Positions 40,123-49,710 of a stretch of DNA of 64,000 bases are shown here, piece after piece (position 1 is the stretch's first letter; each line of letters opens with the position of its first letter). Source of the DNA: an uncultured Leptospirales bacterium (GTDB taxonomy: Bacteria; Spirochaetota; UBA4802; UBA5550); the NCBI GenBank assembly GCA_964529415.1, contig CAZGWD010000002.1, positions 222,089-286,088 of the forward strand, written 5' to 3'. The notes under the pieces are model-generated. The model worked only from the letters and a program-made list of their open reading frames with translations. It was not told the origin of the DNA and searched no databases. The translations under genes and the position numbers were made by a program.

Positions 40123-42723
40123 ATGGTGGCGGCAATGAATCAATTCATACAGGATCTGCTAAAAAAAATCAAAATGAACCGTTTTTTTAATCCTGCAATT
40201 GCCATTGTCTGCTTAATTTTAGTTCTTTTATTCAGCTTCACAAGTCCCTACTCCATTCTGAAATTGACTCTGTACAATATCAATTTCCGGTTAAAGCCTG
40301 CAACTCCCCAGCTGAATTTTTTAACGCTTATTGACATTGACGATTTAAGCCTCAACAGCATGGGCCAGTTTCCATGGCCGAGACATTATTATGCTCAGGG
40401 AGTTGACACGCTTGTTGAAGCCGGCATCAGACAGACTATATTTGATATTCAGTTCATGGATAATTCAGAACCATCTGTTAACCGTGATTTATATAAAAAA
40501 CTTTTTGATAAAACTTCTGAAAGAGAAACCGTCAGCCGCGATGATCTGAAAGGAGTCCTCATTGATAATGACAAAGTCCTTTCTGCATCGATTAAAAAAG
40601 CCAAAGGTGCAATAATTCCATATTCATTCAGCCATGCAAAAATTCCGGATCTTATAACTGATAAAAAAATAAAGGCTGAAAGGGATAAGGCGCATCAATA
40701 CTTCCTCGCCAAAGCATCAATCCCGGTTCCGAAAGACAGGATCAGGGAATTTGAAAGTCTTGCTGACAGAACAAGACTTCAGCTTGCGCATCCGATTCCG
40801 TCTGTAATCAACAGCGCTGAACTATTCGGCTATGTTGATGCTGACACAGATGACGACGGTGTACGCAGAGATATCCGGCTCGCAAGAGTGTTCGAAGGGA
40901 ATATTTATTTCAATATGGGACTTGTGATGGTTATGAATCTGTGCGATGTGAATATGGAATCTGTTGAAATTTATCCCGGCAAAAACATCATTTTAAAAAA
41001 TGCCATAGATCCCCGGACATATACAAAATCAGACATTGTTATCCCGATAGACGCTAAAGGCAAGATGCTAATCAACTGGTCTGCAAAAGAATATATGTCT
41101 GATTTTAATCATATACCATTTTTTGCCCTATTCGAATACCCGCGCGTGAGAGACATTGCATACGAAATATTTGACGCCATGGAATCTAAAAGCGGAAACA
41201 ATGAACGAACAGGGCTTTCCACAGAACATCACTCCCTGACCAGCGAACTTGCTCAAATTACAGACAAGACCCGGAAATACGATAAATATATTAAAATCAG
41301 AAAAATCGAAAACCGGCTGACTGAAATTGAAACAGGCTTCATGAATGAACTGAAAAAGAACACTGAGCTTCTGAACCGATTTGCATCCGATACAGGACGA
41401 AAACCCGAGGACCTGCTTACAGCCATGAAGATAACAGTTGAAACCGAGAAACTAAAGGGGCATTCATGCATCATCAGCATGACAGCAACATCATCTAATG
41501 ACTTCAGTCTTACGCCTTTGTCGTCTCATTATATGATGCCCGGCAAATATCCGAATATAGTAAATACAATTCTCCAGGGAAAATTCATTCACAGAGTTCC
41601 GGAATATCTGAATATTATATTGATGCTGCTCATTGCTGTCGGCGCCGGGTTCATAATACCAAAATTCAGCTCAAAAGCCGGTGTTTTTACATTTGTCGGT
41701 ACATTGATCGGAGTAAATGTTCTGATCATGCTTTCGTTTATTTTTGGAAACATCTGGTTTGATCAGCTGGGAATTTCTCTTGCTGTGCTACTGCCTTCGC
41801 TTTCATTAATAGGTATAAAATTTATCGGAGAGGAAACAGAGAAACGTTTTATCAAGTCAGTGTTTTCAAGATACCTCTCGCCGGATGTAATCAATGAGAT
41901 CATAAAAGATCCTGAAAAGCTTGCTCTTGGAGGCGAAGAGAGCGATATTACAATTTTCTTTTCAGACATAGCCGGATTCACGTCAATTTCGGAAAAACTT
42001 AATCCAACTCAGCTTGTTACTCTTCTAAACGAATATCTTACAGAGATGACTGATATAATTCTTTTAAATAAAGGCACCATTGACAAGTATGAGGGTGATG
42101 CAATTATCGCGTTTTTTGGTGCGCCTTTTCACTATGAAGATCATGCCGTGAAATGCTGTCTTGCGTCTATTGACATGCAAAACAGAATCAGAGAACTGAG
42201 CAAAATCCGCCGCTCCCGGGGACAAAGCGAGTTTTTCACCCGCATGGGAATAAACACAGGGCGTGCTGTAGTTGGAAACATGGGATCACGCACCAGACAG
42301 GATTACACCATGATCGGTGATGCAGTTAATCTTGCGGCAAGGCTTGAAGGTGTCAACAAGGTCTATAAAACCGCTGCCATGATAAGCGAGGCAACTTACG
42401 AAAAAGCAAAAGACCATGTTGAAGTCCGCAAGCTTGACACTATCCGCGTTGTCGGAAAAAATGAACCGATAGTTATATACGAACTTCTTGAGAGAAAGGG
42501 AAAGCTCGATGATCAAACCCGTGATTTGCTTGATAAATACTACAAGGGACTTGATTCCTTCAATGACCGCGACTGGAAAGGAGCGCAGAAACATTTCAGG
42601 GATGCGCTGAAGATTAAACCTGAAGACGGTCCAAGCAATCTCTATGTTGAAAGATGCACTGAGTTTCTGAAACAGCCTCCTTCAAAAAACTGGGACGGCG
42701 TGTATAAGATGAAGAGTAAGTGA
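40123..42723 (+). CDS. CHASE2 sensor fused to a class III adenylate/guanylate cyclase with a TPR-like tail
   Basis: N-terminal TM, CHASE2 periplasmic region (GYVDADTDDDGVRRDIRL), three TM segments, and a cyclase domain ITIFFSDIAGFTSISE...GDAIIAFFG; 866 aa. Confidence 0.8.
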   Translation: MVAAMNQFIQDLLKKIKMNRFFNPAIAIVCLILVLLFSFTSPYSILKLTLYNINFRLKPATPQLNFLTLIDIDDLSLNSMGQFPWPRHYYAQGVDTLVEAGIRQTIFDIQFMDNSEPSVNRDLYKKLFDKTSERETVSRDDLKGVLIDNDKVLSASIKKAKGAIIPYSFSHAKIPDLITDKKIKAERDKAHQYFLAKASIPVPKDRIREFESLADRTRLQLAHPIPSVINSAELFGYVDADTDDDGVRRDIRLARVFEGNIYFNMGLVMVMNLCDVNMESVEIYPGKNIILKNAIDPRTYTKSDIVIPIDAKGKMLINWSAKEYMSDFNHIPFFALFEYPRVRDIAYEIFDAMESKSGNNERTGLSTEHHSLTSELAQITDKTRKYDKYIKIRKIENRLTEIETGFMNELKKNTELLNRFASDTGRKPEDLLTAMKITVETEKLKGHSCIISMTATSSNDFSLTPLSSHYMMPGKYPNIVNTILQGKFIHRVPEYLNIILMLLIAVGAGFIIPKFSSKAGVFTFVGTLIGVNVLIMLSFIFGNIWFDQLGISLAVLLPSLSLIGIKFIGEETEKRFIKSVFSRYLSPDVINEIIKDPEKLALGGEESDITIFFSDIAGFTSISEKLNPTQLVTLLNEYLTEMTDIILLNKGTIDKYEGDAIIAFFGAPFHYEDHAVKCCLASIDMQNRIRELSKIRRSRGQSEFFTRMGINTGRAVVGNMGSRTRQDYTMIGDAVNLAARLEGVNKVYKTAAMISEATYEKAKDHVEVRKLDTIRVVGKNEPIVIYELLERKGKLDDQTRDLLDKYYKGLDSFNDRDWKGAQKHFRDALKIKPEDGPSNLYVERCTEFLKQPPSKNWDGVYKMKSK

Positions 42724-42832
42724 TTTTGCTTTGTGAAACAGATTTAATCATCTTATTTAAAAAAATATTTTGAGAATTTATTAAAAAATAATTACATTTC
42801 TTATTGTAATTATTAAACTATTAACTCAAAGT

Positions 42833-43582
42833 TCAGGGAGCAACCTGGGATAAATAATCGCTTTGTGCGCTTTCTCCATAAGTTGTTACAACACTCACTT
42901 TATAATAATAAGTTTTCCCTGATTGAAGCCCGGTATCAGATACATAGCTTGTAGAAAAAGGAGATGTTTGTACCAAGGAAAACTGTCCATTTGGTGCATC
43001 AGATCTATAGATTCGCACTGACCCTGAATTTACATAAGCCGGGTATCCTGTTCCCTGCTGCCAATAAACACCAAGAACCCCTGGTCCTAACATATTATAC
43101 AGAAGCGTAATAAATGTCATTGGAACCATATTGATATTGATATTTACTAAATCTCCCGGGCTTAAATCAACCAATGTTTTTCCACCCCAGTTTTTAGCTA
43201 CCTGGCCTCCAGAGACAGCTGAACTAACTATAGAAAATTTTCTCTGAGTACCTGCTGGAACCTGTATGGTGTATGATATTGTTGTTGGAGAAGAGTAACT
43301 GAAGGGAATATCAGCAGTAATATTATCCATTCCCTGGCCGCTTACTGTTAATGAGATTTTTGTTGTTCCAGAAACCCATGCTGTAATTGCGTAAGCTTTC
43401 TCTGAAAACAGCAATAAAAATCTATCTATTAATGGAAATTGTTTCATTTCCTGTTTAAACCCTATGCTTGAAGAATCGATATTCAATGTTACAGTAGCTG
43501 TATTATTATCAGAATTGCAAGAAGCAAAGAGTAAAATAAATGCAAGACCTAAAGTTAAGGTAGTATATTTAAAAGGTTTCAT
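42833..43582 (-). CDS. Lipoprotein with a fibronectin-III-like C-terminal domain
   Basis: LFASCNSD lipobox and C-terminal ...GKTYYYKVSVVTTYGES. Confidence 0.4.
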   Translation of the reverse strand: MKPFKYTTLTLGLAFILLFASCNSDNNTATVTLNIDSSSIGFKQEMKQFPLIDRFLLLFSEKAYAITAWVSGTTKISLTVSGQGMDNITADIPFSYSSPTTISYTIQVPAGTQRKFSIVSSAVSGGQVAKNWGGKTLVDLSPGDLVNININMVPMTFITLLYNMLGPGVLGVYWQQGTGYPAYVNSGSVRIYRSDAPNGQFSLVQTSPFSTSYVSDTGLQSGKTYYYKVSVVTTYGESAQSDYLSQVAP

Positions 43583-43648
43583 TTTGAATCCTCCAGAAAA
43601 TTAAATATTTTAAAGACAATAAACTAAATTTCTTCTTTTGATTAGTTT

Positions 43649-44734
43649 TTATAACTTTTTTATAATATACTCTAATCCGTATTTAAAATCAATCTTTTTC
43701 CATTCATGAGCCAGAATTATTAATGAAAAAAGTGTTAAAGATATTGCTAAAATTGTAAAATTACTGTCAAACACCTTATAAAAACCAAGAAGCATGCTCA
43801 TTTCTTCAAATATCATGATATGAACTACAAAAACAGTAAAGGAGATTCTTCCGAGATTTGAAACGGGCTGGAACAAATTGATCATTTTATTATTAAAATA
43901 GTAAAACATATTAATCAGTAATATAGATAGACCGGATAATACAAGAATTGCCGGAGGCATAGGCGGGAAAAAATATGGAAGAGTTACAAAGAACCTATAG
44001 AAAGGACCATAAGTTGCAAAGGCATAGCCTGACTTGTACATAATGCCGAGAGCCAGACCAAGAATAATTAATAATAAGCCTGTGATACCCTGCAATTTCC
44101 TGTTGGCTGACAAATGTATTTTTGCAGAAAACATACCAAGAGCAAAAATACCAATCCAGGGAAATACCGGAAAATGCCCGTTTATAAAAATTAATCGCAT
44201 CACATCAAATAGATTTCCTGCATTAGAAAGGAAAAAGTCATCTAAAATTAGAGGGGAATTGACTGCTCCTTGTAAAAAACCGGCTATAATCAATGTTGCA
44301 AAATAAAATGAAATTAACATTGCTGATCCTAATTTGTTCAGCAATGGAAAAAGTATAAGTGAAAATCCTATCAGGTTGAGTACAAACCATGATGCAGGCT
44401 TGAACCAGTGAAATGCTGATAAATTAAGGAGATATCCAGCTATAATGAGTATTATACCCCTTTTAATTATGACTGAGTATTGTCGTGATTTGTTAAATTG
44501 AAGGACTGCACCGAATCCAGAAAGGGATATAAATACAGGCGCAGCAAGAAGTCCCGAAAGATACATCCATCCAAGAATAAAGGATTTTTGAAAAAGTACA
44601 TCCTGTGAAATTACAGGTTCGTTCCATAGCCATGCGATAAGATGCTGAGTAATCATTAAAATTACAGCCAATCCGCGGAGTGCATCAATCGATTGGAGCC
44701 GGTCCGAAATTTTTATATTTATACTTAAATCCAT
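43649..44734 (-). CDS. Polytopic membrane protein, acyltransferase-3/DUF1624-like
   Basis: N-terminal SIDALRGLAVILMITQHL and ~10 predicted TM helices. Confidence 0.45.
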   Translation of the reverse strand: MDLSINIKISDRLQSIDALRGLAVILMITQHLIAWLWNEPVISQDVLFQKSFILGWMYLSGLLAAPVFISLSGFGAVLQFNKSRQYSVIIKRGIILIIAGYLLNLSAFHWFKPASWFVLNLIGFSLILFPLLNKLGSAMLISFYFATLIIAGFLQGAVNSPLILDDFFLSNAGNLFDVMRLIFINGHFPVFPWIGIFALGMFSAKIHLSANRKLQGITGLLLIILGLALGIMYKSGYAFATYGPFYRFFVTLPYFFPPMPPAILVLSGLSILLINMFYYFNNKMINLFQPVSNLGRISFTVFVVHIMIFEEMSMLLGFYKVFDSNFTILAISLTLFSLIILAHEWKKIDFKYGLEYIIKKL

Positions 44735-44985
44735 TTAAACGGGTTATCTTCCTAAAATAATAGCTTGTATTTTAATGATTAAAGTTTTAATTAGCATTTT
44801 ACATTCTTGAACAGTTTGTCAATAATTATAGTTGCATTTAACTACCAAAAAGCATCAGAATGTCTCTTGAAACGAAGAAACATAATAAAATATTTTTATA
44901 CTTAACAAATTACACAATGAATATAAAGCAGATTCTTAATGAACTTTTTTCCCTATACTGTTTTTACAGGATAATTTTTATTTAG

Positions 44986-46128
44986 ATGAAAAAAACAATA
45001 ATAATATTTTTAATATCTCTTTCGTTTTTAAATCTCCTGTTTCCGGCTGATCTAAAGGAAGAAAAAAACGAACAACTGATATTTGCAATAACAACACTTT
45101 CATCAATAAATCTGCAAAGCGGAATTGGAGAGAAATTTTCAGATTCCATAAGAACACGGCTCCAAATGGAAAAGTCATTTATGGTTGATGAGGCAATCCT
45201 ACAGCCGGAAAAAGAATTCATCACAGAGTGTTCTAATGGAAAGTGTCCGCAGTCCTTCCTGGATCAATACAGAGGTAAAATTGTAATCATCGGGAGCATC
45301 ACAAGGATAATATACAAGATCGGAGAAAAGCCTATAAGTAAATACGCAATAGAAGATCTGATGGATGAGAAATTTATTCTTTCAATGCAGGTGGTTGATA
45401 CCCGCACCGGTAAAATAGATCTCAGCATTAAAAAGGAATTTGCAGCAGCAGCCCTTCTGGATGCCGAAGCCGGAAAAATCAGCAATGAAATCAGAGACTA
45501 TTACTTTAAAGCTCCAGTAAAACCTGTTATAAAAGCAAAGGAAGAAGAAAAAATTAAGTCAAAGGAAGTAGAAAAGAATATTGAAAAGAAGTCTGAGAAG
45601 AAAAGCGAGCGTATATTTGCTGTCAGCGGTATCGGCATTGCTCCTGCTTTTATCATACCATTGGAAAAATTTGCCAGGATGTCTGATTTTGGTTTTGGCG
45701 GAGAAGTTGAGGTTTTTTTCAGTTTTTTAAAATATAGAAATATTTATTTAAATCTGGGGTTGGAATTTTACGGACTTAATCCGACACGGGATAATATTAA
45801 AAGCGACTGGATTCTCTCCCCTCGGATTTCGGCAGGATATATTTTTACAATCGCAGGGAATTTTTTCATTACTCCCTATATGCAGGCAGGATATATTTTT
45901 CAGTTTGTAAATGGAGACATCAATGCTGCTCCTGGAAGTGCTTCGTTTAATTACAAGAATGAAATATTTTACAATCCTTCATTCGGAATAGGAGCTGAAA
46001 TCGGATACCGGATCAACAGCCGGATTCAGCTGTATCTGAGTCCATCATACCATTTTTTTATAGAACAGAATTCTGTTTTTCATTTTATGAAAATCAATAT
46101 TGGAATAAGGATGAATTGGGAGCCATGA
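44986..46128 (+). CDS. Hypothetical secreted/outer-membrane protein
   Basis: Signal peptide, a Lys/Glu-rich linker, and a C-terminal region rich in aromatic/Gly beta-strand-like segments. Confidence 0.35.
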   Translation: MKKTIIIFLISLSFLNLLFPADLKEEKNEQLIFAITTLSSINLQSGIGEKFSDSIRTRLQMEKSFMVDEAILQPEKEFITECSNGKCPQSFLDQYRGKIVIIGSITRIIYKIGEKPISKYAIEDLMDEKFILSMQVVDTRTGKIDLSIKKEFAAAALLDAEAGKISNEIRDYYFKAPVKPVIKAKEEEKIKSKEVEKNIEKKSEKKSERIFAVSGIGIAPAFIIPLEKFARMSDFGFGGEVEVFFSFLKYRNIYLNLGLEFYGLNPTRDNIKSDWILSPRISAGYIFTIAGNFFITPYMQAGYIFQFVNGDINAAPGSASFNYKNEIFYNPSFGIGAEIGYRINSRIQLYLSPSYHFFIEQNSVFHFMKINIGIRMNWEP

Positions 46129-46718
46129 AAAAATCACGAAAGATTGTTGTTGATAAAAAATTTCAGATAGGCCTTGCTGCCTCAGTAACCGCATTATCCG
46201 CTCTGACCTTTTCAATTGTGATTCTTATCATTGCAGTCACATCTATGGATAACAGCCGTAAGCTTGATGTGGTTGCGCATAACCAGCAGAGTCTTTCCGG
46301 AAACCAGGAGGAAATATTCAAAACCCTGATTTCCTTTTCACAAATGAAAGATCTGACCAGAATTCGTATTCACGCCCAGACTATAGATAAAGATATAAAA
46401 ATAAACAGAGCACAGTTTTCTGAAAACACTAAGATTATGCTCGAGATCAACAGGAACAATAAAATATTAATCCTGATTCTGATTATCTTTGTAACGGTCC
46501 AGTCTGTTTTTCTTTTTTATCTGCTGATAAAGAGGTCTCACAGAATATCAGGACCAGTATTTCTCCTGAACCGTTATATCAGCGAGCTTAAAAAAGGGAA
46601 GTTCCCTGAAATAAGGCCCCTTCGCACCAGGGATGACTTCAAGGATCTTTTTGATAATTTCAGAGAAATGGTTGATTATTTCAAGAAAAAGCGGAGAACC
46701 GTATCCAAAAAAGACTGA
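46116..46718 (+). CDS. Hypothetical membrane protein
   Basis: 200 aa with two TM segments; overlaps the upstream gene by 13 nt. Confidence 0.35.
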   Translation: MGAMKKSRKIVVDKKFQIGLAASVTALSALTFSIVILIIAVTSMDNSRKLDVVAHNQQSLSGNQEEIFKTLISFSQMKDLTRIRIHAQTIDKDIKINRAQFSENTKIMLEINRNNKILILILIIFVTVQSVFLFYLLIKRSHRISGPVFLLNRYISELKKGKFPEIRPLRTRDDFKDLFDNFREMVDYFKKKRRTVSKKD

Positions 46719-46851
46719 TTACATTGAATATTTATAAAATTATTTTTTTATTAATTTTAATTAAAAATGTTTGTTGAAAAAAATCAAATTGTAATTATTA
46801 ATGCATAACTGAAATACAATTTAAATTTTTATTTGAAATGGAGTACTAATA

Positions 46852-48345
46852 ATGAAAATTAATAAACTTAATATAATGCTGTTTCTTATTATACTTTCAA
46901 TTTTTTCATGTTCGAAAATTCCTGACAATTTTACAAGCGAATGGGAATCAGCATCAATAATTTCACCCGCTGGAACAATTTTAATTGATAATAATAAATA
47001 TTATACATCTGCATCCAGCGTTACAATAACCAATATAGTTTCTGACGCTGATCAGATGCAGTTCAGCAATGATGGAACAACCTGGAGCGTATGGGAGACA
47101 TATTCTCCATCCAAGTCATGGTCTCTTGAAAGCGGGCACGGACAAAAAACTGTTTACGGGCAGTTCAGGAAGACAGGTGGAGGTATTACCCTACTTACTG
47201 ATACAATAGTACCGTTAAATAAAGAAAAAATTATTTCAAGCGATGGTGTAGAGTATGATAATTTCGGAGGAGGAAACTGGGGATTCACCACAAATGTATT
47301 AGCTTTATCAAATGATGGAAATACTCTGTTCGTTGGATGTTTTATTAAAAATAAAGTTTATATCTATAAAAAAAATTCCAGCGGCACATGGATTGAAACA
47401 AAAATCCTGTCGCCGGATGCGGCTCGCTACTTGCATTTTGGTCAATCCCTGGCATGCTCAGATGATGCTTCAACACTTGTAATAGGCGCCTTAGGCGGAC
47501 CTATAGGTGCAATTTTTATTTATACATGGGATGGTACAACGTATAATCCGGTTAAGACAATAGAGTATGTCAGCAATCATGACTTTGGAGTAAATGTCTC
47601 AATTTCTGATAATGGGAATAAAATTCTTGTGGGAGCATGGCATTCAGATTCAGCCTTTTTGTATGAAAAAGCAGGCAGTGACTGGAATATGACTAAACAG
47701 TTTGTTCCGTCTGATGGATTAACAGGAGGTATATATGGTGTTGGCGTAAAAATTGCCGGAGATGGAAATACCATAGTAATAGGCGCGCCAACTCAGAATG
47801 GAAATATTGGATCTGTATATATATATAAATGGAATGGAATTGCCTGGAGCTTCCTGTTGAAAAAGACTTCCCCTTATGCAACTCCGGACCTTTTTGGACG
47901 GCATATAGACATCACAACAAACGGCGAAAGAATAATTGTTGGATTAAGATCATGGACTAATGGAAGTGCAGTTCAAGGAGCGGCATTCTTATATGATTGG
48001 GATGGTATAACATATAATTTATCACATACTTTTCAGGCCTCAGACAACATTACCGGAGCAGATGATAAATTCGGTTATTGCGTATCAATGAGTTCAGATG
48101 GAAATATTATAGCGATCAGCGCTCCTGGGACCTCTTATATTGGCAATGGTAAATCATATATATACAGGTTCAATGGATCTGGATGGAATGAAGAATATAT
48201 AATTAATGAATATATTGGAGTGAATGAATATATTTACGGTAATTTAATTTTTATTTCAGGAGATGGATCAACTATTGCAGTAGGTACACCAAGAGATATT
48301 GTGAATACAAATATAGCTCAGGGATCAGTTTATCTCTATTACTGA
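46852..48345 (+). CDS. Secreted FG-GAP-like repeat (beta-propeller) protein
   Basis: Repeated FGxSVxxSxDGNTxVxGA....GxVYxY modules occurring seven or more times. Confidence 0.5.
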   Translation: MKINKLNIMLFLIILSIFSCSKIPDNFTSEWESASIISPAGTILIDNNKYYTSASSVTITNIVSDADQMQFSNDGTTWSVWETYSPSKSWSLESGHGQKTVYGQFRKTGGGITLLTDTIVPLNKEKIISSDGVEYDNFGGGNWGFTTNVLALSNDGNTLFVGCFIKNKVYIYKKNSSGTWIETKILSPDAARYLHFGQSLACSDDASTLVIGALGGPIGAIFIYTWDGTTYNPVKTIEYVSNHDFGVNVSISDNGNKILVGAWHSDSAFLYEKAGSDWNMTKQFVPSDGLTGGIYGVGVKIAGDGNTIVIGAPTQNGNIGSVYIYKWNGIAWSFLLKKTSPYATPDLFGRHIDITTNGERIIVGLRSWTNGSAVQGAAFLYDWDGITYNLSHTFQASDNITGADDKFGYCVSMSSDGNIIAISAPGTSYIGNGKSYIYRFNGSGWNEEYIINEYIGVNEYIYGNLIFISGDGSTIAVGTPRDIVNTNIAQGSVYLYY

Positions 48346-48432
48346 TATTAACTATATAATCTGTTTTTCTTCCTAAATAATCAATAAAGACTTTTATTGA
48401 TTATTTTAAATATACATACAAATAAAAAATTG

Positions 48433-49425
48433 TCAATTTAACTTCAAACCTTTTAACAGCACTCCAATCTCTCCGACAAACTCAAGACCGGCATTCCTCC
48501 CTGTTCCTGAAAATATCAATTCCCTGCCCTTGGAGTTTTTTCTATAAAACTTTATTTCAATTTTTGAAGAAAGCGACTCATTTACTCTTGATACCATTTC
48601 TCCCTTTTCAGGTGCTGGCAGTTCTACTCCCTCAGTCCTTTCAGCTTTTATTTCCAGATATGATTCCTTATTTTCAACAAATATATCTATATAATCATCA
48701 TTTACTAAAAGTTTTTCTACTCTGGAGCCATTATATGTTGTAAATTTATGAAGCTTTCCTCTGAGAAGAAACCCAAATATGTATCCGGTAAAATATCTCC
48801 CCAACCACGGTATTTTTGCTATTGATCCGAATAATGAAACTCCAGGTTCATTAAAATGATTTGTCTGCATCCAGATCCAGGCCTGCGGCATGGAAATACC
48901 CCAGTCTTTTTCAATATAGCCCTTCCCTTCTTTTAAATCAGTCTTTTCTCCGTTTAATTCAATAAATCCGTTTATCTTATTATCAAAACTGATATTTGCA
49001 TGGTAGCATTCCATGAAAGGCACAAACCTGTACCATCCCATAACACCTGGTGAAAAAACTGAAACAGGCCACGGTATAATATTGCTCATATTAATATCAG
49101 CAATAATCTTATTGGCTCCGTCATCCAGATCAAGTTTAAGCTGTTCAGTGCTGAAAAAGTTTTTCCCGATTTTTATCTCAAACTTTTTTGCGTTCGCCCG
49201 ATATTCATTTACAGAGTATCTAAAGTAGGTCATTTTATGGTTCCGGGCATCAAAGACCATGACAAAGGCATGGCTTTTTGTGCTGTCTTTAGAAAGGGAT
49301 ATCCCGGCTATAACAGCCAGGGCTTTTTTCTCGTTCTTATCCACCATTTTGAAATACCAGCCTTCGAAGTAATCTCTGGTTTTTCCTATTCCCTGAAAGG
49401 CTGCTGGTGTGTAAATATTAGACAA
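48433..49425 (-). CDS. Hypothetical protein, possibly tocopherol-cyclase-like
   Basis: YFEGWYFKMVD and IEKDWG segments are reminiscent of that family; the link is weak. Confidence 0.3.
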   Translation of the reverse strand: MSNIYTPAAFQGIGKTRDYFEGWYFKMVDKNEKKALAVIAGISLSKDSTKSHAFVMVFDARNHKMTYFRYSVNEYRANAKKFEIKIGKNFFSTEQLKLDLDDGANKIIADINMSNIIPWPVSVFSPGVMGWYRFVPFMECYHANISFDNKINGFIELNGEKTDLKEGKGYIEKDWGISMPQAWIWMQTNHFNEPGVSLFGSIAKIPWLGRYFTGYIFGFLLRGKLHKFTTYNGSRVEKLLVNDDYIDIFVENKESYLEIKAERTEGVELPAPEKGEMVSRVNESLSSKIEIKFYRKNSKGRELIFSGTGRNAGLEFVGEIGVLLKGLKLN

Positions 49426-49710
49426 TAATTACTCCTCTTAAAAAACTATGATTTTTCAAATATATTTATATTTATAAAATTTCTTAAAAGTATTTTTTTA
49501 TTTATTTTCAAGTGAAGACCGTTCTTAAAATAGAATGTTACCCGCTGCTTAACATGATACATACATCAGCATGCCGGAATTAAAAAAGCAACTATAATTC
49601 ATTAAAAATTTTTCTGCCGGAAGCAGGAGATAATAAATTTTCAATTTAGATCATGTAATAAAAAAAGATTGCATTTTGAAAAAATATATTCATAATGATA
49701 AATAATCATT